DNA of 64,000 nucleotides, from assembly GCF_004010195.1 (NCBI RefSeq), contig NC_057718.1, forward strand, positions 85,822,283 to 85,886,282, given 5' to 3'. This DNA comes from Chiloscyllium plagiosum. Taxonomy: Eukaryota. The notes below the pieces were generated by a model, which was not told the origin of the DNA, made no database searches, and saw only the letters and a program-made list of their open reading frames with translations. Below, piece after piece: positions 1 through 12,647 of the stretch (positions within the stretch are counted from its first letter, which is position 1; each line of letters starts with the position of its first letter). Made by a program: the position numbers and the translations under genes.

Positions 1-190
1 AGAATGGCCAATTCACCTGGCCTGCACATGTTTGGACTGTGGAAGGAAAACAATGCACCCTGAGGAAACCCATGCAGACATGAGGAGAATGTGCAAACTC
101 CACACAGACAGTCACCCAAGGCTGGAACTGAACCTCTGTCCCTGGCGCTGTGAGGCAGCAGTGTTAACCACAGCCATCTATGCCATGCCA
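1..190 (-). mobile_element. HE1-type tRNA-derived V-SINE, 5' part, cut by the window edge
   Basis: Reverse complement matches the SINE at 31262 (tggttaacactgctgcctcacagcgccaggga...ggagtttgcacattctcc). Confidence 0.8.
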
Positions 191-344
191 TGGCTGCAGC
201 TGAGAACTGTAACCAATTCTGGGCGCCAGACCTCAGGAAATATGCAAAGCTTTTGCAGAAATTTATTAGAATGCTCCATTGCTGAGGAAATTACATTTAT
301 ATACATTGACTAAAGCTGCAATAGTTACTCTAAAGGCAAAAAAA

Positions 345-722
345 TTGGGATGAATTAATTGATGGTGTTTGAAACCATCATGGGCTTAGACAGAGCAAAT
401 GAAAAAAATCCATCTCCAATGGCTGTAGGATTAACAACCTACACTCGAGGACACTCATCGAAAAGGTGACTAGCAAAAGTAAAAAAACAATGACAGCAAA
501 CAGATCTTTTATGCAACAACCAGTCAACATGAGAAGTATACTAACAGAGAATGGTGGAAATAGATTTCAATGGCAGTCTTCAAAAGGGAAAAGGATATTG
601 TGAAAGAGGAAAAAGTGTGTGGAGGAGAGATCAGGGAATGGAATGCCCTGAATTGCCCTTTGAAATAGCTGGTGCAGAATTGATGGGCTGAATGGCCTCC
701 TCCTGTGCTATTCTATGCTGTG
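345..722 (+). mobile_element. Old CR1 LINE 3' fragment
   Basis: Degenerate CR1 3' end with the typical 3'UTR gatgggctgaatggcctcctcctgtgct. Confidence 0.55.
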
Positions 723-2299
723 ATACACTCAGTTTAAAGCCTGGAATCACTGGTGAGACTTGCCTGGGACATTAGGAATGGGCAACAGGAAATACACAAG
801 TAAAAGGAGGGGAGGCAATATAAAAGGATGAAGAGAATGCTTATAGGAATGGTAGACAGAGAATGGCAAGGGAAGGGACTGAGGAAAAAAAAAAAGGGGA
901 GGCTGAGACAGGAGGAGAATACAAAAAAAGAAAAACAAATATTGACCTTGGACAATAATGGGAAGGAGAGGATAAAATAGTCAGGGTGGAGGGTATGTGA
1001 AGGTATGATGCCTGGCAGAATGAAAAGGGCACTAGGGAAGGGAATGGAGTATAGGCTAGGGCAGAGGAGAGGAGAGGAAGGGAGCAGAAATTAAGGGAAG
1101 GGGCTTTGCAGCAATTGAACTAGAAATAATATTGAAGGTCTCTATCTGAAACAGTGACCTACCTTCCAACGACAGATACTGATTTACCTACTGCACACTT
1201 CCAGTATTTTCTATTTTTACCACATCTTAATCACAGCCATTGCCGTCGTCAATTGTGTCTGACTCGATTATAAATAGAGGCAATGTGAAAAAGCCATAAA
1301 TCGAGAATGGTTTACGCTACCAGTCAGAAAAACCTTGTAACTCAACTGGCAAATTAGCTGTTCTTGGGCAAAATGAATGATATCACTCAGTACATATGCT
1401 CTGTATACAAACACTGACTGTTTTTATACAAACAGGACAATTGACGTTCTATGAAATGCTATTGTTAGAATTTTAAATGAATTCATTCTTAAGATGTGAA
1501 GAGTGTTACTTGCAGGGTCGCTACTTCTTGGCCAGCCCTTGACATTTTGGAAAAGCGATGGGGAGGACTTTTTTGTTCAGCCACTGCTGCAGCATTTGGA
1601 CACAGTGGTTTGTGTGGGCACTCCATGGGCAGTTGCACTAGTGTGGGACTGAAATCACCTATCAGCCAGACTGTTAAGGTCAAAAGATTTCCTTCCCTGC
1701 AGGACAGTGGACCAGCTGGGTGTTTACAACAATCCTAGAGCTTCATGATCATTTTAACCAGTGTTTTAAACAAAAACTTTGAAAAACAAATGTAATTCAA
1801 AATTTCAAGCCTCAGTGGTACGGTTTGAACTGACATTAGCTTGATTATTCATCCAGTGAGTTTCTGCATCAATGTTCTCCCACTGATGTAATTACAAAAA
1901 TACTTTATCAGTTAAATTGCTTTCTCTTGTCAGGCGACCAGCATTTCCAATGTTTCCGTTTCATTGGTGACATAGGTAGAAACCCCAACTAATAATGCCT
2001 CAAATGGTAAACAATGTTTGAAAAGCTAATTACAACTTCAAGCCTTCCCTTAAATCTCCAGTTCTCTTTAAATGCCTAAACTGTAGTAAAAACAGAGTTA
2101 ATCGATTTATTTATTGCTGATCCTTAACTGCCCTGGAGGTATTGGTGATGGGCTGCCATCTTGTACTTCCCTTGTCCATGTGGTGAAAGAACACCCACTG
2201 TGTCATTAGGAAAGGAGTTCTAGGATTTTGACCCAGTGACGAACAGCAATATATTTCCTTGTTTACAGGTTTGCATGACATCGTGGTTTGGCAATCGTT

Positions 2300-2708
2300 C
2301 TTCCCAAGACCACAAGAAACTACACAGAGTTGTGAACACAGCAGCCTTCCATCCATTAACTCCATCTATGCTTCCCACTGTGGGAAAGCAATCAACATAA
2401 TCAAAGACCTCTCCCATCTCAGTTATATTCTCTTCCATCGGGCAGAAGACAAAAGGTTTTATACTCGTATAAATAGATTCAAGAACAGCTTCTTCCCCAC
2501 TGTTATAAGGCTCCTGAATGGACTTCTCAAAAGTTTAAATTTGATGTTGATTTCATTATTTGTACACCTTCTGTGCAGCTGTAACATTGTATTCTTTGCT
2601 CTATTGTATTACTCTGGAACTTTATATGGTGGGATCTGCCTGTACTGTACGCAAAACAAAACTTTTCACTGTATCTAGGTACATGTGACAATAATAAATC
2701 AAATCAAA
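2300..2708 (+). mobile_element. Rex1/Babar-like LINE 3' end
   Basis: ORF ends ...RINRFKNSFFPTVIRLLN and is followed by an aataaatcaaatcaaa tail; homologous to 40410-41336 and 35030-35342. Confidence 0.7.
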
Positions 2709-3106
2709 AACCGAGTCGATTGTGTGTAGCCTGGAGAGGAACTTGCAGGTGGTGACATTTACACGTATCTGCTGTTCTTGTCTTAAGTGGACGATGTTGC
2801 ATATTTGGAAGATACGGTTTAAAAAACCTCGGTGAATTGTCACAGTGCATCTTATAGATGGTACACACTCTGCACCAGTGATGCAGGGAACGAATGTTCA
2901 TCATGGTCCATGGGTTGGAAATCAAGCAGGCAGCTTTGTCCTGAATGGTGTCAAGTGTCAATGTTGTTGGAACTGCACCCATCCAGGCAAGTGGGGTGTA
3001 TTTCATCACACTCCTGACCAGTGCCTTGTGGATAGTGACTAGGATTGGAGGAGTTAGGAGCAGCAGTAGTCAGTATTAAACTGAACTGGTACAGTTCAGT
3101 TTCTTG

Positions 3107-3337
3107 GAGAAAGTGAGGTCTGCAGATGCTGGAGATCAAAGTTGAAACTTTATTGCGGGAACAGCACAGCAGGTCAGGCAGCATCCAGGGAACAGGAGAT
3201 TCGACGTTTCGGGCACAGGCCCTTCCTCAGGAGAGGCTTCTCCATTCCTGAGGAAGGGCCTGTGCCCGAAACGTCGAATCTCCTGTTCCCTGGATGCTGC
3301 CTGACCTGCTGTGCTGTTCCAGCAATAAAGTTTCAAC
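3107..3337. mobile_element. Palindromic miniature Penelope-like element with a hammerhead motif in each arm
   Basis: Near-perfect inverted arms 3141-3232 and 3246-3337, a 34-nt tail on the left arm only, and a 16-bp TSD acagttcagtttcttg (3091-3106 / 3338-3353). Confidence 0.85.
3244..3279 (+). ncRNA. Minimal type I hammerhead ribozyme motif
   Basis: attc-CTGAGGA-a-GGGC ctgt GCCC-GAAAC-GTC-gaat: stem I attc/gaat, core CUGANGA and GAAA, stem II GGGC/GCCC, palindromic AC/GU stem III, predicted cleavage after C3275. Confidence 0.75.
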
Positions 3338-4171
3338 ACAGTTCAGTTTCTTGTCAACCATAACCCTCGGGATGTTAATAGGACAGGATTTAGTGATGGT
3401 CAGTTTATTGAATGCTAAGGGACAACAGTTGGGAGTGGCATGCATATAGCTTGCCACTTGTCAGCCCAAGCCTGAATATTGCCCTGGTCTTGCTGCTTCA
3501 GTATCGGAGAAACCATGAATGGTGCCGAACATCGTGCAAGAATCCCTACTTCTGACCTTATGATAGAGAGAAGGTGATTGATGAAGCAGCTGAAGATGGT
3601 TGGGCAAAGTCAGAAAGAGAGAGTCCAAATTTTGCTGTCCATAGATGCTGCCTGACATAAATATTGTCAGCACCTTCTCTCTACATTTCTGATTCCAGAA
3701 TCTGAAGTGTTTTACAATTATATTAGCTGAGACCTATTTATGACCAAGCTCGTATGGGAGCAAGCTGGGATTGGCCAGGTCCCAATCAGTGTACCAGGAG
3801 CAAGTTAGTCAAACAATAGCTCTGCTCTTGAACTGGAATCAATGGCTGTATGGGCCATAGCTTCCTTTGTGTGGCCCACAGGACTTCAAAACCATTTTGA
3901 TTCCAGCTCACCTTGCCAGTTGGTTCAAATGCAGTTGGGTCCTTTGTAAAAAAAAAACTAGTGCAGGGAAGTGGAGATAATGAAGCAAGTTGGCCTCATT
4001 TTACTCAGGAGCAAGGATCCATGACTGTTGAATATTTGCTAGGCCACCTTAAATCCTGCCACTGACTGGAAAGCTGTCAGGAACACTTACACATGTGATT
4101 CATAGCCATTGGCAAATCGTTCCTTGTGCCTCTTTAGTCAGGGGAAGGATGATTTTTTTTTGCTTAAAATA

Positions 4172-4633
4172 GAAATGTTGCCAGGGTTGGAGGATTTGAG
4201 CAATAGAGAGGTGTTAAATAAGCTGCGGCTGTTTTCCCGAGAGCGGAGGCTGAGGAGTGAGGACCTTATACAGGTTTATAAAATCATGAGGGGCATGGGC
4301 AGGATAAATAAACAAAGTCTTTTCCCTGGGGTGGGGGGAGTTCAGAACTAGAGGGCATAGGTTTAGGGTGAGAGGGGAAAGATATAAAAAAGAGACCTAA
4401 AAGGGGCAACTTATACTTAAAATATATAAAAGGGGCACCTTTTTCCACGCAGAGTGATGTATGTGTGAAGTGGGCTGCCAGAGGAAGTGGTGGAGGCTGG
4501 TACAATTGCAACATTTAAAAGAACATGGGCCGGGTGCTGGCAGGTGGGACTAGATTGGGTTGGGATATCTAGTCAGCATGGATGAGTTGGACTGAAGGGT
4601 CTGTTTCCGTGCTGTACATCTCTATGACTATCT
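4172..4633 (+). mobile_element. CR1 LINE 3' fragment (same family as 25476 and 60468)
   Basis: MLPGLEDLSNRE.LNKLRLFS...VYKIMRGM; tail ctatgactat. Confidence 0.85.
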
Positions 4634-5601
4634 ACAGAGGGGATCTGAAATCAGTCTCACTCACCTTTGAACATAGTTGAAAATCCAGGTAGAGAATTGC
4701 AAATGCAAAATTGGATCGTCTAAGAAAAGAAACTCATCTCCATCTTAAAAGGGAGGCTTCTCCATTCTCAAACTAAATCGCCAGATTCCCACACGAAAGG
4801 AGAAATATTTTTTTGCCACCTATTCTGGGAAGATCCCTCAGCATCCTTTAATAAAATCACCTCCCATTATTTGAAAATAGAGCATAGGGCCAGTTCGCTC
4901 AATCTTTGACTAATGCACTAAGAACTAATCTAGGAATCAACCCACACAACCTTCTCTGAACAGCCTCCTATGCAAATTTATTAGGCCTTAAATCAGGAGT
5001 TTAAAATTGTATACAATATTTTAGCTGTGGTCTCACCAACATTCGAAACCATGCCAGCAAATCTTTGCCACTTGTTAAACCCTGCTCCCCCATGTAATAA
5101 AGACAAATGTTTCTCCGCAGTTACTTGTTGTACCTGCACTCTAACCTTGTGTGCGGACATCCAGTTGCTTCTGTGCTACAGCATTTTGCAGTCTTGAGGT
5201 AAAAACAAGGATTGCAGATGCTGGAAACCAGTCAAGGGGTAGAAATGTTGCAGTGCAGCATTGTGCTAGGTCAGTGTTACGTCTGCCCCACATGCCAACA
5301 GCTCACATGCTTCAAGCAGAAAGTCATGCTGGAAGGTCTAAGGGGAGTAGTGCTCAGTAAAGTCCAGGTAGACACCCTTCAGGCAGTGAGTCTCAGTACA
5401 GTTACTCGGATATTAAACCAGGGGCTTGGATGCAAAATCAGTCCTGCATCAGTGTTCGGTTCCTCCCAGCCTAGGGGTAAGGAGCTGAATGGTGGGTATT
5501 AGAGCTGGTTCTCTCAGTCGTATTGTGGGCCTGGAATGTGATAAAAGAGAGAGGTCGAGTGAGATAAATGTGGTTGACAGCTCTTGGTGCTGGTGTAGGA
5601 A

Positions 5602-5719
5602 AAAACGTGAGCACTGCAGATCAGAGCTGAAAATGTGTTGCTGGAAAAGCGCAGCAGTTCAGGCAGCATCCAAGGAGCAGGAGCATCGACGTTTCAGGCA
5701 TGAGCCCTTCTTCAGGAAG
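5602..5719 (-). mobile_element. Mini-Penelope-like element with hammerhead motif
   Basis: Minus strand reads ctgaagaagggctcatgcctgaaacgtc; TSD ggtgtaggaa (5592-5601 / 5720-5729). Confidence 0.75.
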
Positions 5720-5904
5720 GGTGTAGGAAGTGAGTGATCAGACTGTGCAGAGGGCATGCAGGGTGAGTAAGGTGGGATGTTGAGTGGTCATGATTGGAGT
5801 AGTTGCTGTCTGTTATAGCGAGAGGTAGAACATTAGCCTTGATGGGAGGTGGATGTACTAGTAAAGACAGAGTGACTGAGGTAGCAGAGAAAAGATGGCA
5901 GCAC

Positions 5905-6030
5905 TTACTCTGGTGGAACAGAGCAAGTCATTGACTGTGGAGACTGCACAGTGGGAACCTCAGACCAAGCTGGCATAGTTTGTGGTCTTGGCCTCCAATG
6001 GCCTTGATCGGCTGCACAATGACCTTTTGA
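5905..6030 (-). pseudogene. Possible decayed Myb/SANT-like (Harbinger-associated) ORF fragment
   Basis: Translation WRPRPQTMPAWSEVPTV followed by a GTAAGT donor. Resembles the 'AW.EVA..V' helix of Myb/SANT-like domains. Confidence 0.3.
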
Positions 6031-6364
6031 ATATGGTGCCAGTGCCAGGGATCCTGGGTAATCCCAGCAGTGGCTAGTACTTCTCCCCATTCTCATTTAA
6101 ATATCACTAAATAATGCAAAACAAAAATCACAATTATGATATTTGTAAGATGATACCCGTGTTGAATTAATTTCAATCTGCATGTAATGTAATGTAAAAG
6201 ATAACCCCAAATTATACCAATCTGAATTTTTTTGCCACTTCACTTATATAATCTTTATCAGTAAGCAAATTCCTCAAGTCCTCTTCACAACTTGATTGTC
6301 AAATTGCACAACTTTTTACAGCACTACCCGAGCTTCTAGAGGTGATGCATGGTTCTTTATCTTC

Positions 6365-6482
6365 GGGGCTTAAGCCCGAAACGTCGATTCTCCTGTTCCC
6401 TGGATGCTGCCTGACCTGCTGCGCTTTTCCAGCAACACATTTTCAGCTCTGATCTCCAGCATCTGCAGACCTCACTTTCTCC
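6365..6482 (+). mobile_element. Mini-Penelope-like element, 5'-truncated inside the hammerhead
   Basis: gggcttaagcccgaaacgtcgattctcc...ctgatctccagcatctgcagacctcactttctcc; TSD tctttatcttc (6354-6364 / 6483-6493). Confidence 0.8.
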
Positions 6483-7009
6483 TCTTTATCTTCCAGGTAA
6501 CTTCAAAGAGATCTGAAGGATTCCTCTCATTATTCCCCATCTATTGAAGGTTTTTGAGTCAAGGTGCGGCTGTTCAGGAACACGAGGCAGCAATTTAAAC
6601 CCAATTGACTTCCTTACATTTGCCACAGCCTCCTTCAGTATTTTTCCTCTCCCTTTATCTCAACTACTCCTTGTCCTCCTCTCTCACCCTTACCTTCCTT
6701 CATTATTTCTTGCCTCCCCCCCACCTCTCCATGTCCCTCCATCACCTCCACCCTGTCACATCTCCACGTGCATGTCAGCGCTGGGTCTCTATTCAGATGA
6801 ACGACTCATTGGCAACACTAGAAACAGAAAGGGGCCCTTACATATTGCCAACTGGAGAGGGACAATATTACACTAAGGACAAAGACATCCACCTGATCAC
6901 CAGAAGTTCAAGATTTGCACAGACCTGGCCTGCATTCAGTTCATGTAGCACACCTTGATCTCCCTCAGCAAAACAGGATTGAAACTCAATGCTTTGATCC
7001 ATCATTTCA

Positions 7010-7980
7010 GAATCATGGAATTGTTACAGTTAAAAAGAAAGGCCATTTAGCCAACTGTGGCTAAGCTGGCTCTCAGCATTTTAACTTAGTGCCATCTCCT
7101 GACTTTTCCCAATAACCTGGTAGATTGTTTAAATAAAAACAGTCTAATGGCCTCTTAAGTGCCTCAGTTAAACCTGCCGCCTTCGCACTGTCAGGCAGTG
7201 CATTCCAGGCCTGACTATTCATTGCATTAAAAACAATGTTTCTCACTACATATTTGCTTCTTTGGCAAAACATCTTAAAACTGTGGCAAATGAAAACCAA
7301 AAGAACTACTGATGCTATAAATCAGAAGCAAAAATAAAATGGAGGAAGGGTCACCGGACCTGAAATGTTAACTTTGATTTTTCTTCACAGATGCTGCCAG
7401 ACCTGCTTAGCCTTTCCAGCAACTTCTGTTTTTGTTTAAACCATGCCCTCTGGCTCTTGATCATTTTTGGAGCAGGCAAGTTTCTCTCTAGCTACTCTGT
7501 CCAGAGCCCACGTGATTTCTATCAAATCTCTCAGTATTCTTGTGAAAAACTCTCTTAAATCTTTCATCATAACTGAAGTGCTTCATCCTTGGTACCATTC
7601 TTGTACAACCCTTTTGCATTCTCACCAATGTATTCATATTCTTTCTATTGTATAGTGCCAGAGCTGTGCATAATACTCCTGCTGAGTTTTAGCCAGTGTC
7701 CTATATAAGTCATTATGACCTTCTTGCTCTTGTACTCTATACCCCTATTTTTGAAGCCAAGAATACAATGCTTGTTAACAGCTCTCTCTACCTGCCCTGC
7801 TATCTTTAATGACTTGAGGTAAATACATCTCCAGGTCTCTCTGCTCCTGCACACCCTTTAGAATAGTGCCATTTGTTTTACCCTGTCTCAGGATCTTTGT
7901 ACCAAGATGTACCTCACACTTCTCTGCATTGAACTTCCTGTACCATTTATCTGACTGCTCCACTATTGTACAAATTCCAT
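7010..7980 (-). mobile_element. Old CR1 LINE 3' fragment with an internal degenerate mini-Penelope (about 7285-7437)
   Basis: Translations KFNAEKCEV, VQEQRDL, LGFKNRGIEYKSKKV, AWNALP. Confidence 0.7.
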
Positions 7981-7981
7981 A

Positions 7982-8263
7982 AGGGTGGCACAGTGGCTAG
8001 CACTGCTGCTTCACAGTGCCAGGAACCCAGGTTCAATTCCAGCCTTGGGCGACTGTCTGTATGGAGTTTGCACATTCTCCAAGTGTCTGAGAGAGTTTCC
8101 TTCGGGTGCTCCGGTTTCCTCCCACAGTCCAAAGATGTGCAGGTCAGGTGAATTGGCCAGGCTAAATTGCCCCTGGTGTTAGGTGCATTAGTCAGAGGGA
8201 AAAGGGTCTGGGTGGGTTACCCTTCGGAGGGTTGGTGTGGACTGGTTAGGCCAAATGGCCTGT
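7982..8263 (+). mobile_element. HE1-type V-SINE fused at its 3' end to a CR1
   Basis: gggtggcacagtggctagcactgctgcttcacagtgccagg (A box), ggttcaattcc (B box) and the V-domain ggagtttgcacattctcc. Confidence 0.85.
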
Positions 8264-11032
8264 ACTGTTGGGACGGTCTCCACCTGAACCGATCAGGTAC
8301 CAATGTTCTAGCGAAGAGGATAAATAGGGTGGTCAGTAGGACTTTAAACTTCTGAGTTGGGAGGAGGGGGGAGGGGGGGAGGAAGGGAAAGCGACAGGGA
8401 GTATGGAGTTAAATGGAAAGATAAGCAACAGGATAGTATATGTGCAGGTAGATTTAAACTCGAGGCAGACTGGTAATGCAGCAAAAAGGATGGATAACTT
8501 AGGACATCTTATGGCTTCCAATATCTCTAATGATAAGAAAGTTAGCATTAAGGCACTTTACCTGAATGCTCGTAGCATTCGTAACAAAGCAGATGAACTA
8601 ATGGCACAGATCATGAATGATTATGATGTGGTAGGCATCACAGAGACGTGGTTACAGGGGGGTGCGTCGGATGATGTGGAGTCTGTGTGGGTGGAATTGA
8701 GGAACCACAAAAGGCAAAAAAAAAACCATAACGGGGGTTACGTACAGACCTCCTAACAGTGGTCAGGACCAGAGGCGCAACATGTACCGGGAAATAGAGA
8801 AGGCATGTCAGAAAGGCAAGGTCATGGTGATCATGGGAGACTTCAATATGCAGGTGGACTGGGTAAATAATGCTGCCAGTGGATCCAAAGAAAGGGAATT
8901 CTTGGAATGCTTACAGGATGGCTTTTTGGAACAGCTTGTCATGGAGCCCACAAGGGAGCAGGATATTCTGGACCTAGTGCTAAGCAATGAACCAGACTTT
9001 ATAAAAAATCTTAAAGTAAGGGAACATTTAGGAAGCAGCGATCATAATATAGTTCAGTCTGCAGTTTGAAAGAGAGAAGGCAAAATCGGATGTAATGGTG
9101 TTACAGTTAAATAACGGTAATTATGAGGGCATGAGAGAGGAACTGACGAAAATAGACTGGAGGCAGAGCCTGGCAGGGAAGACAGTAGAGCAAAAATGGT
9201 AGGAGTTTGTGGGTTATAATGGAGGACACTGTACAGAGGCTCATCCCCAAGAAAAGAAAGATTATGCGGGGAGGGATTAGACATCCATGGCTGACAAAGG
9301 AAGTCAGGAAATCTATCAAAGAAAAAGAGAGATCCTATAAAGTGGCCAAGAGCACTGGGAAATCAGAAGATTAGAAAGGCTACAAAAACAAACAGAGGAT
9401 AACAAAAGAGAAATAAGGAAGGAGAGGATCAAATATGAAGGTAGGCTAGCCAGTAATATTAGAAATGATAGTAAAAGTTTCTTTCAATACATAAGAAACA
9501 AACGACAGGCAAAAGTAAAACAATGGGCCACTTCAAACTGATGCTGGAAGCATAGTGATGGGAGATAAGGAAATAGCAGGAGAACTTAATAAGTACTGTG
9601 CATCAGTCTTCACAGTGGAAGACATTAGCAATATCCCAACAATTAAAGGCAGTCAGGGGGCTGAGTTGAGTATGGTTGCCATTACAAAAGAGATAGTGCT
9701 AGAAAAGCTAAAAAGGTCTTAAAATTGACAAATCTCCTGACCCCGGTGGGACACATCCTAGAGTTCTGAGGGAGGTGACTGAGGAAATAGCAGAGGCATT
9801 GGTTGACATCTTTCAAAAGTCACTGGAGTCAGGGAAAGTCCCGGATGATTGGAAGATTGCTGTTGCAACTCCCTTGTTCAAGAAAGGATCAAGACAAAAG
9901 ATGGAAAATTATAGGCCAATTAGCCTAACCTCGGTTGTTGGTAAAATTCTAGAATCCATCATTAAGGATGAGGTTTCTAAATTCTTGGAAGAACAGAATC
10001 GGATTAGAACAAGTCGACATGGATTTAGTAAGGGGAGGTCGTGCCTGACAAACCTGTTGGAATTCTATGAAGAGGTGACAAGTAGGTTAGACCGGGGAAA
10101 CCCAGTGGATGTGGTCTAACTAGACTATCAAAAGGCCTTTGATAAGGTGCCACACGGGAGGCTGCTGAGCAAGGTGAGGGCCCATGGTGTTCGAGGTGAG
10201 CTAGTGGTATGGATTAAGGATTGGCTGTCTGACAGAAGGCAGAAAGTTGGGATAAAAGGTTCTTTTTTGGAATGGCAGCCGGTACAAGCAGTATCCCGCA
10301 GGGTTCAGTGTTGGGGCCACAGCTGTTCACGTTATATATTAATGATCGGGATGAAGGGACTGGGGGCATTCTAGTGAAGTTTGCCGATGATACAAAGTTA
10401 GGTGGACAGGCAGGTAGTACTGAGGAAGTGGGGAGGCTGCAGAAGGATCTAGACAGTTTGGGAGAGTGGTCCAGGAAATGGCTGATGGAATTCAATTTGA
10501 GCAAATGTGAGGTCTTGCACTTTGGAAAAAAGNNNNNNNNNNNNNNNNNNNNNNNNNNNNNNNNNNNNNNNNNNNNNNNNNNNNNNNNNNNNNNNNNNNN
10601 NNNNNNNNNNNNNNNNNNNNNNNNNNNNNNNNNNNNNNNNNNNNNNNNNNNNNNNNNNNNNNNNNNNNNNNNNNNNNNNNNNNNNNNNNNNNNNNNNNNN
10701 NNNNNNNNNNTTGTTTCCGTTAGGCGAGGAGACTAGAACCCGTGGACACAGCCTTAGAATTAGAGGGGGTAAATTCAGAACAAAAATGCAGAGACATTTC
10801 TTCAGCCAGAGTGGTGGGCCTGTGGAATTCATTGCCACAGAGTGCAGTGGAGGCTGGGATGCTAAATGTCTTCAAGGCAGAGATTGATAAATTCTTGATG
10901 TTACAAGGAAATTAAGGGCTACGGGGAGAATGCGGGTAAGTGGAGTAGAAATGCCCATCAACCATGATTGAATGGCGGAGTGGACTCGATGGGCCGAATG
11001 GCCTTACTTCCACTCCTATGTCTTATGGACTT
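8264..11032 (+). mobile_element. Long CR1 LINE: end of ORF1 (SGNH esterase) and disrupted ORF2 (APE endonuclease + RT), with a gap
   Basis: WDGLHLNRSGTNVLAKRIN (ORF1 esterase end). EN motifs LYLNARSIRNK, GITETWL, MGDFN, LDLVL, GSSDH. RT motifs NYRPISLTS, PQGSVLGPQLF, KFADDTK. 3'UTR gggccgaatggccttacttcc. Confidence 0.92.
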
Positions 11033-11123
11033 AAAAAGAGAGGACAAAGATCACTGGCTGCTGTGAGATTCACAGTCCCTCCAGGACACAAAACAAGAAG
11101 GGTCACTGGACTCAAAAAGGCAT

Positions 11124-11775
11124 ATAGAGTCCTAGAGATATACAGCATGGAAACAGACCCTTTGGTCCAACCCGTCCATGCCAACCAAATACCCCAACCC
11201 AATCTAGTCCCACCTGCCAGCACTCACCCCATATCCCTCCAAACCCTTCCTGTTCACATACCCATCCAGATGCCTTTTAAATGTTGTAACTGTACCAGCC
11301 TCCACACCACTTCCTCCGACAGCTCATTCCATACACGTACCACCCTCTGCATGAAAAAGTTGCCCCTTAGGTCTCTTATATCTTTCCCCTCTCACCCTAA
11401 ACTTATGCCCTCTAGTTCTTGGGTCCCCAACTCCAGGGAAAAGATTGTCTATTTAACCTATCCATGCCCCTCATTATGTTGTAAACCTTTATAAGGTCAC
11501 CCCTCAGCCTCCAACAGTCCAGGGAAATCAGCCCCAACCTGTTCAGCCTCTTCCTATAGCTCAATTTCTCCAACCCTGGCAACCTCCTTGTAAATCATTT
11601 CTGAACCCTTTCAAGTTTCACAACATCTTTCCGATAGAAAGAGACCAGAATTACACACAATATTCCAACAGTGGCCTAACCAATGTCCTGTACAGCCACA
11701 ACATGACCTCCCAACTCCTGTACTCAATACTCTGACAAATAAAGGAAAGCAGACCAAATACCTTCTTCACTATCC
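11124..11775 (-). mobile_element. CR1 LINE 3' fragment
   Basis: IVKKVFGLLSFICQSIEYRSWEVMLWLYRTLVRPLLEYCV; 3'UTR shared with 26640-26742. Confidence 0.85.
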
Positions 11776-12031
11776 AACTTGTTTTCTCTCTACAGATGCT
11801 GCCAGAACAGAGTTTCTCCAGCAATTTCTGTTTTTGTTTCAGATCTCCAGAAACCACGGTTCTTGTTTATACAAAACAACTGGTACAGACATGGGCAAAT
11901 CCCTGCAGATTAAAAAGGGAAATATACAAGCACATCAAGGATGATACTGAGCTTGTGTAAAGGAACTCAGCGTCAGAGGTTCTGATGGAGCTGAAGCCTG
12001 GTCTTTAGAGTTCCAAGATGCCCTCTCTTAC

Positions 12032-12399
12032 CATCCTTTGTTCAAAATTTGTTGCTGTTCACTCACAATAGAGTGTGGGTCTTACATTGCTACAGATCTC
12101 CTCCCTTTTCAACTATTGTAAGAGACTTTGTAAAGGGATCGAAAAAGGAAGACATAATTGGGATTCCGATCCAGGAGTTGAACAGTTGAAAAACTGGAGA
12201 CAATGCCTGTGGATAACAACTGACCACACACCAAGCTCAGAAGCCATTGAGAGACATCATTTTTAGTCTCTTGGGCAGTTCTCGGAGATTCCTCCAGAAT
12301 GGTGACAGGAGGATGGGACACAAACACATGAAAGTTTACAGTTCGAGTTGTTTTCACCTTGTGGACATTGTTGTGGTCATCTCACCCTCTAAACATGGT
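12032..12399 (-). other. Candidate (probably 5'UTR) exon ending in ATG
   Basis: Acceptor tatgctttttctag| at 12400-12401 and donor aaaggATG|gtaaga at 12031. Non-repeat sequence with no frame open throughout. Confidence 0.25.
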
Positions 12400-12530
12400 C
12401 TAGAAAAAGCATATACAAGATAGGAGTAAGGCAGTATAGTGTTTATGTTACTAGAGTAGGTATCCAGAGGCCTGAATTAATAAGCCACAGAATCTGCATC
12501 AAAATATCACAAGGGTAGGTTTGACAATCA

Positions 12531-12647
12531 GATGAAGGACTTTTGGCTGAAACGTCCTCAGAAGCTGCCTGACCTGCTGTGCTTTTCCAGCACCACTCTA
12601 ATCTTGACCCTGATCTCCAGCATCTGCAGTCCTCACATTAGCTTAGT
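12531..12647 (+). mobile_element. Mini-Penelope-like element (degenerate hammerhead)
   Basis: gatgaaggacttttggctgaaacgtc...ctgatctccagcatctgcag; TSD tttgacaatca (12520-12530 / 12648-12658). Confidence 0.75.

Larger units (their letters stand above)
2720..3620 (-). mobile_element. CR1/L2-group LINE 3' fragment, interrupted by a mini-Penelope element
   Basis: Translation MMKYTPLAWMGAVPTTLTLDTIQDKAACLI is homologous to 59022 MMEYFPLAKMGAAPTTLKKLDTIQYKAARL. Confidence 0.7.

Noticed and set aside
780..1105. Purine-rich tract as a functional element
   Set aside because: Low complexity; similar to the purine-rich extensions of the Penelope-like elements (56400-56620).
1230..1490. Possible conserved non-coding enhancer (Hox-like motifs such as gccataaatc)
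   Set aside because: Short motifs only; conservation cannot be assessed without alignments.
3141..3337. DNA-transposon MITE or pre-miRNA
   Set aside because: The long variable TSD, one-sided tail and hammerhead core fit a Penelope derivative better.
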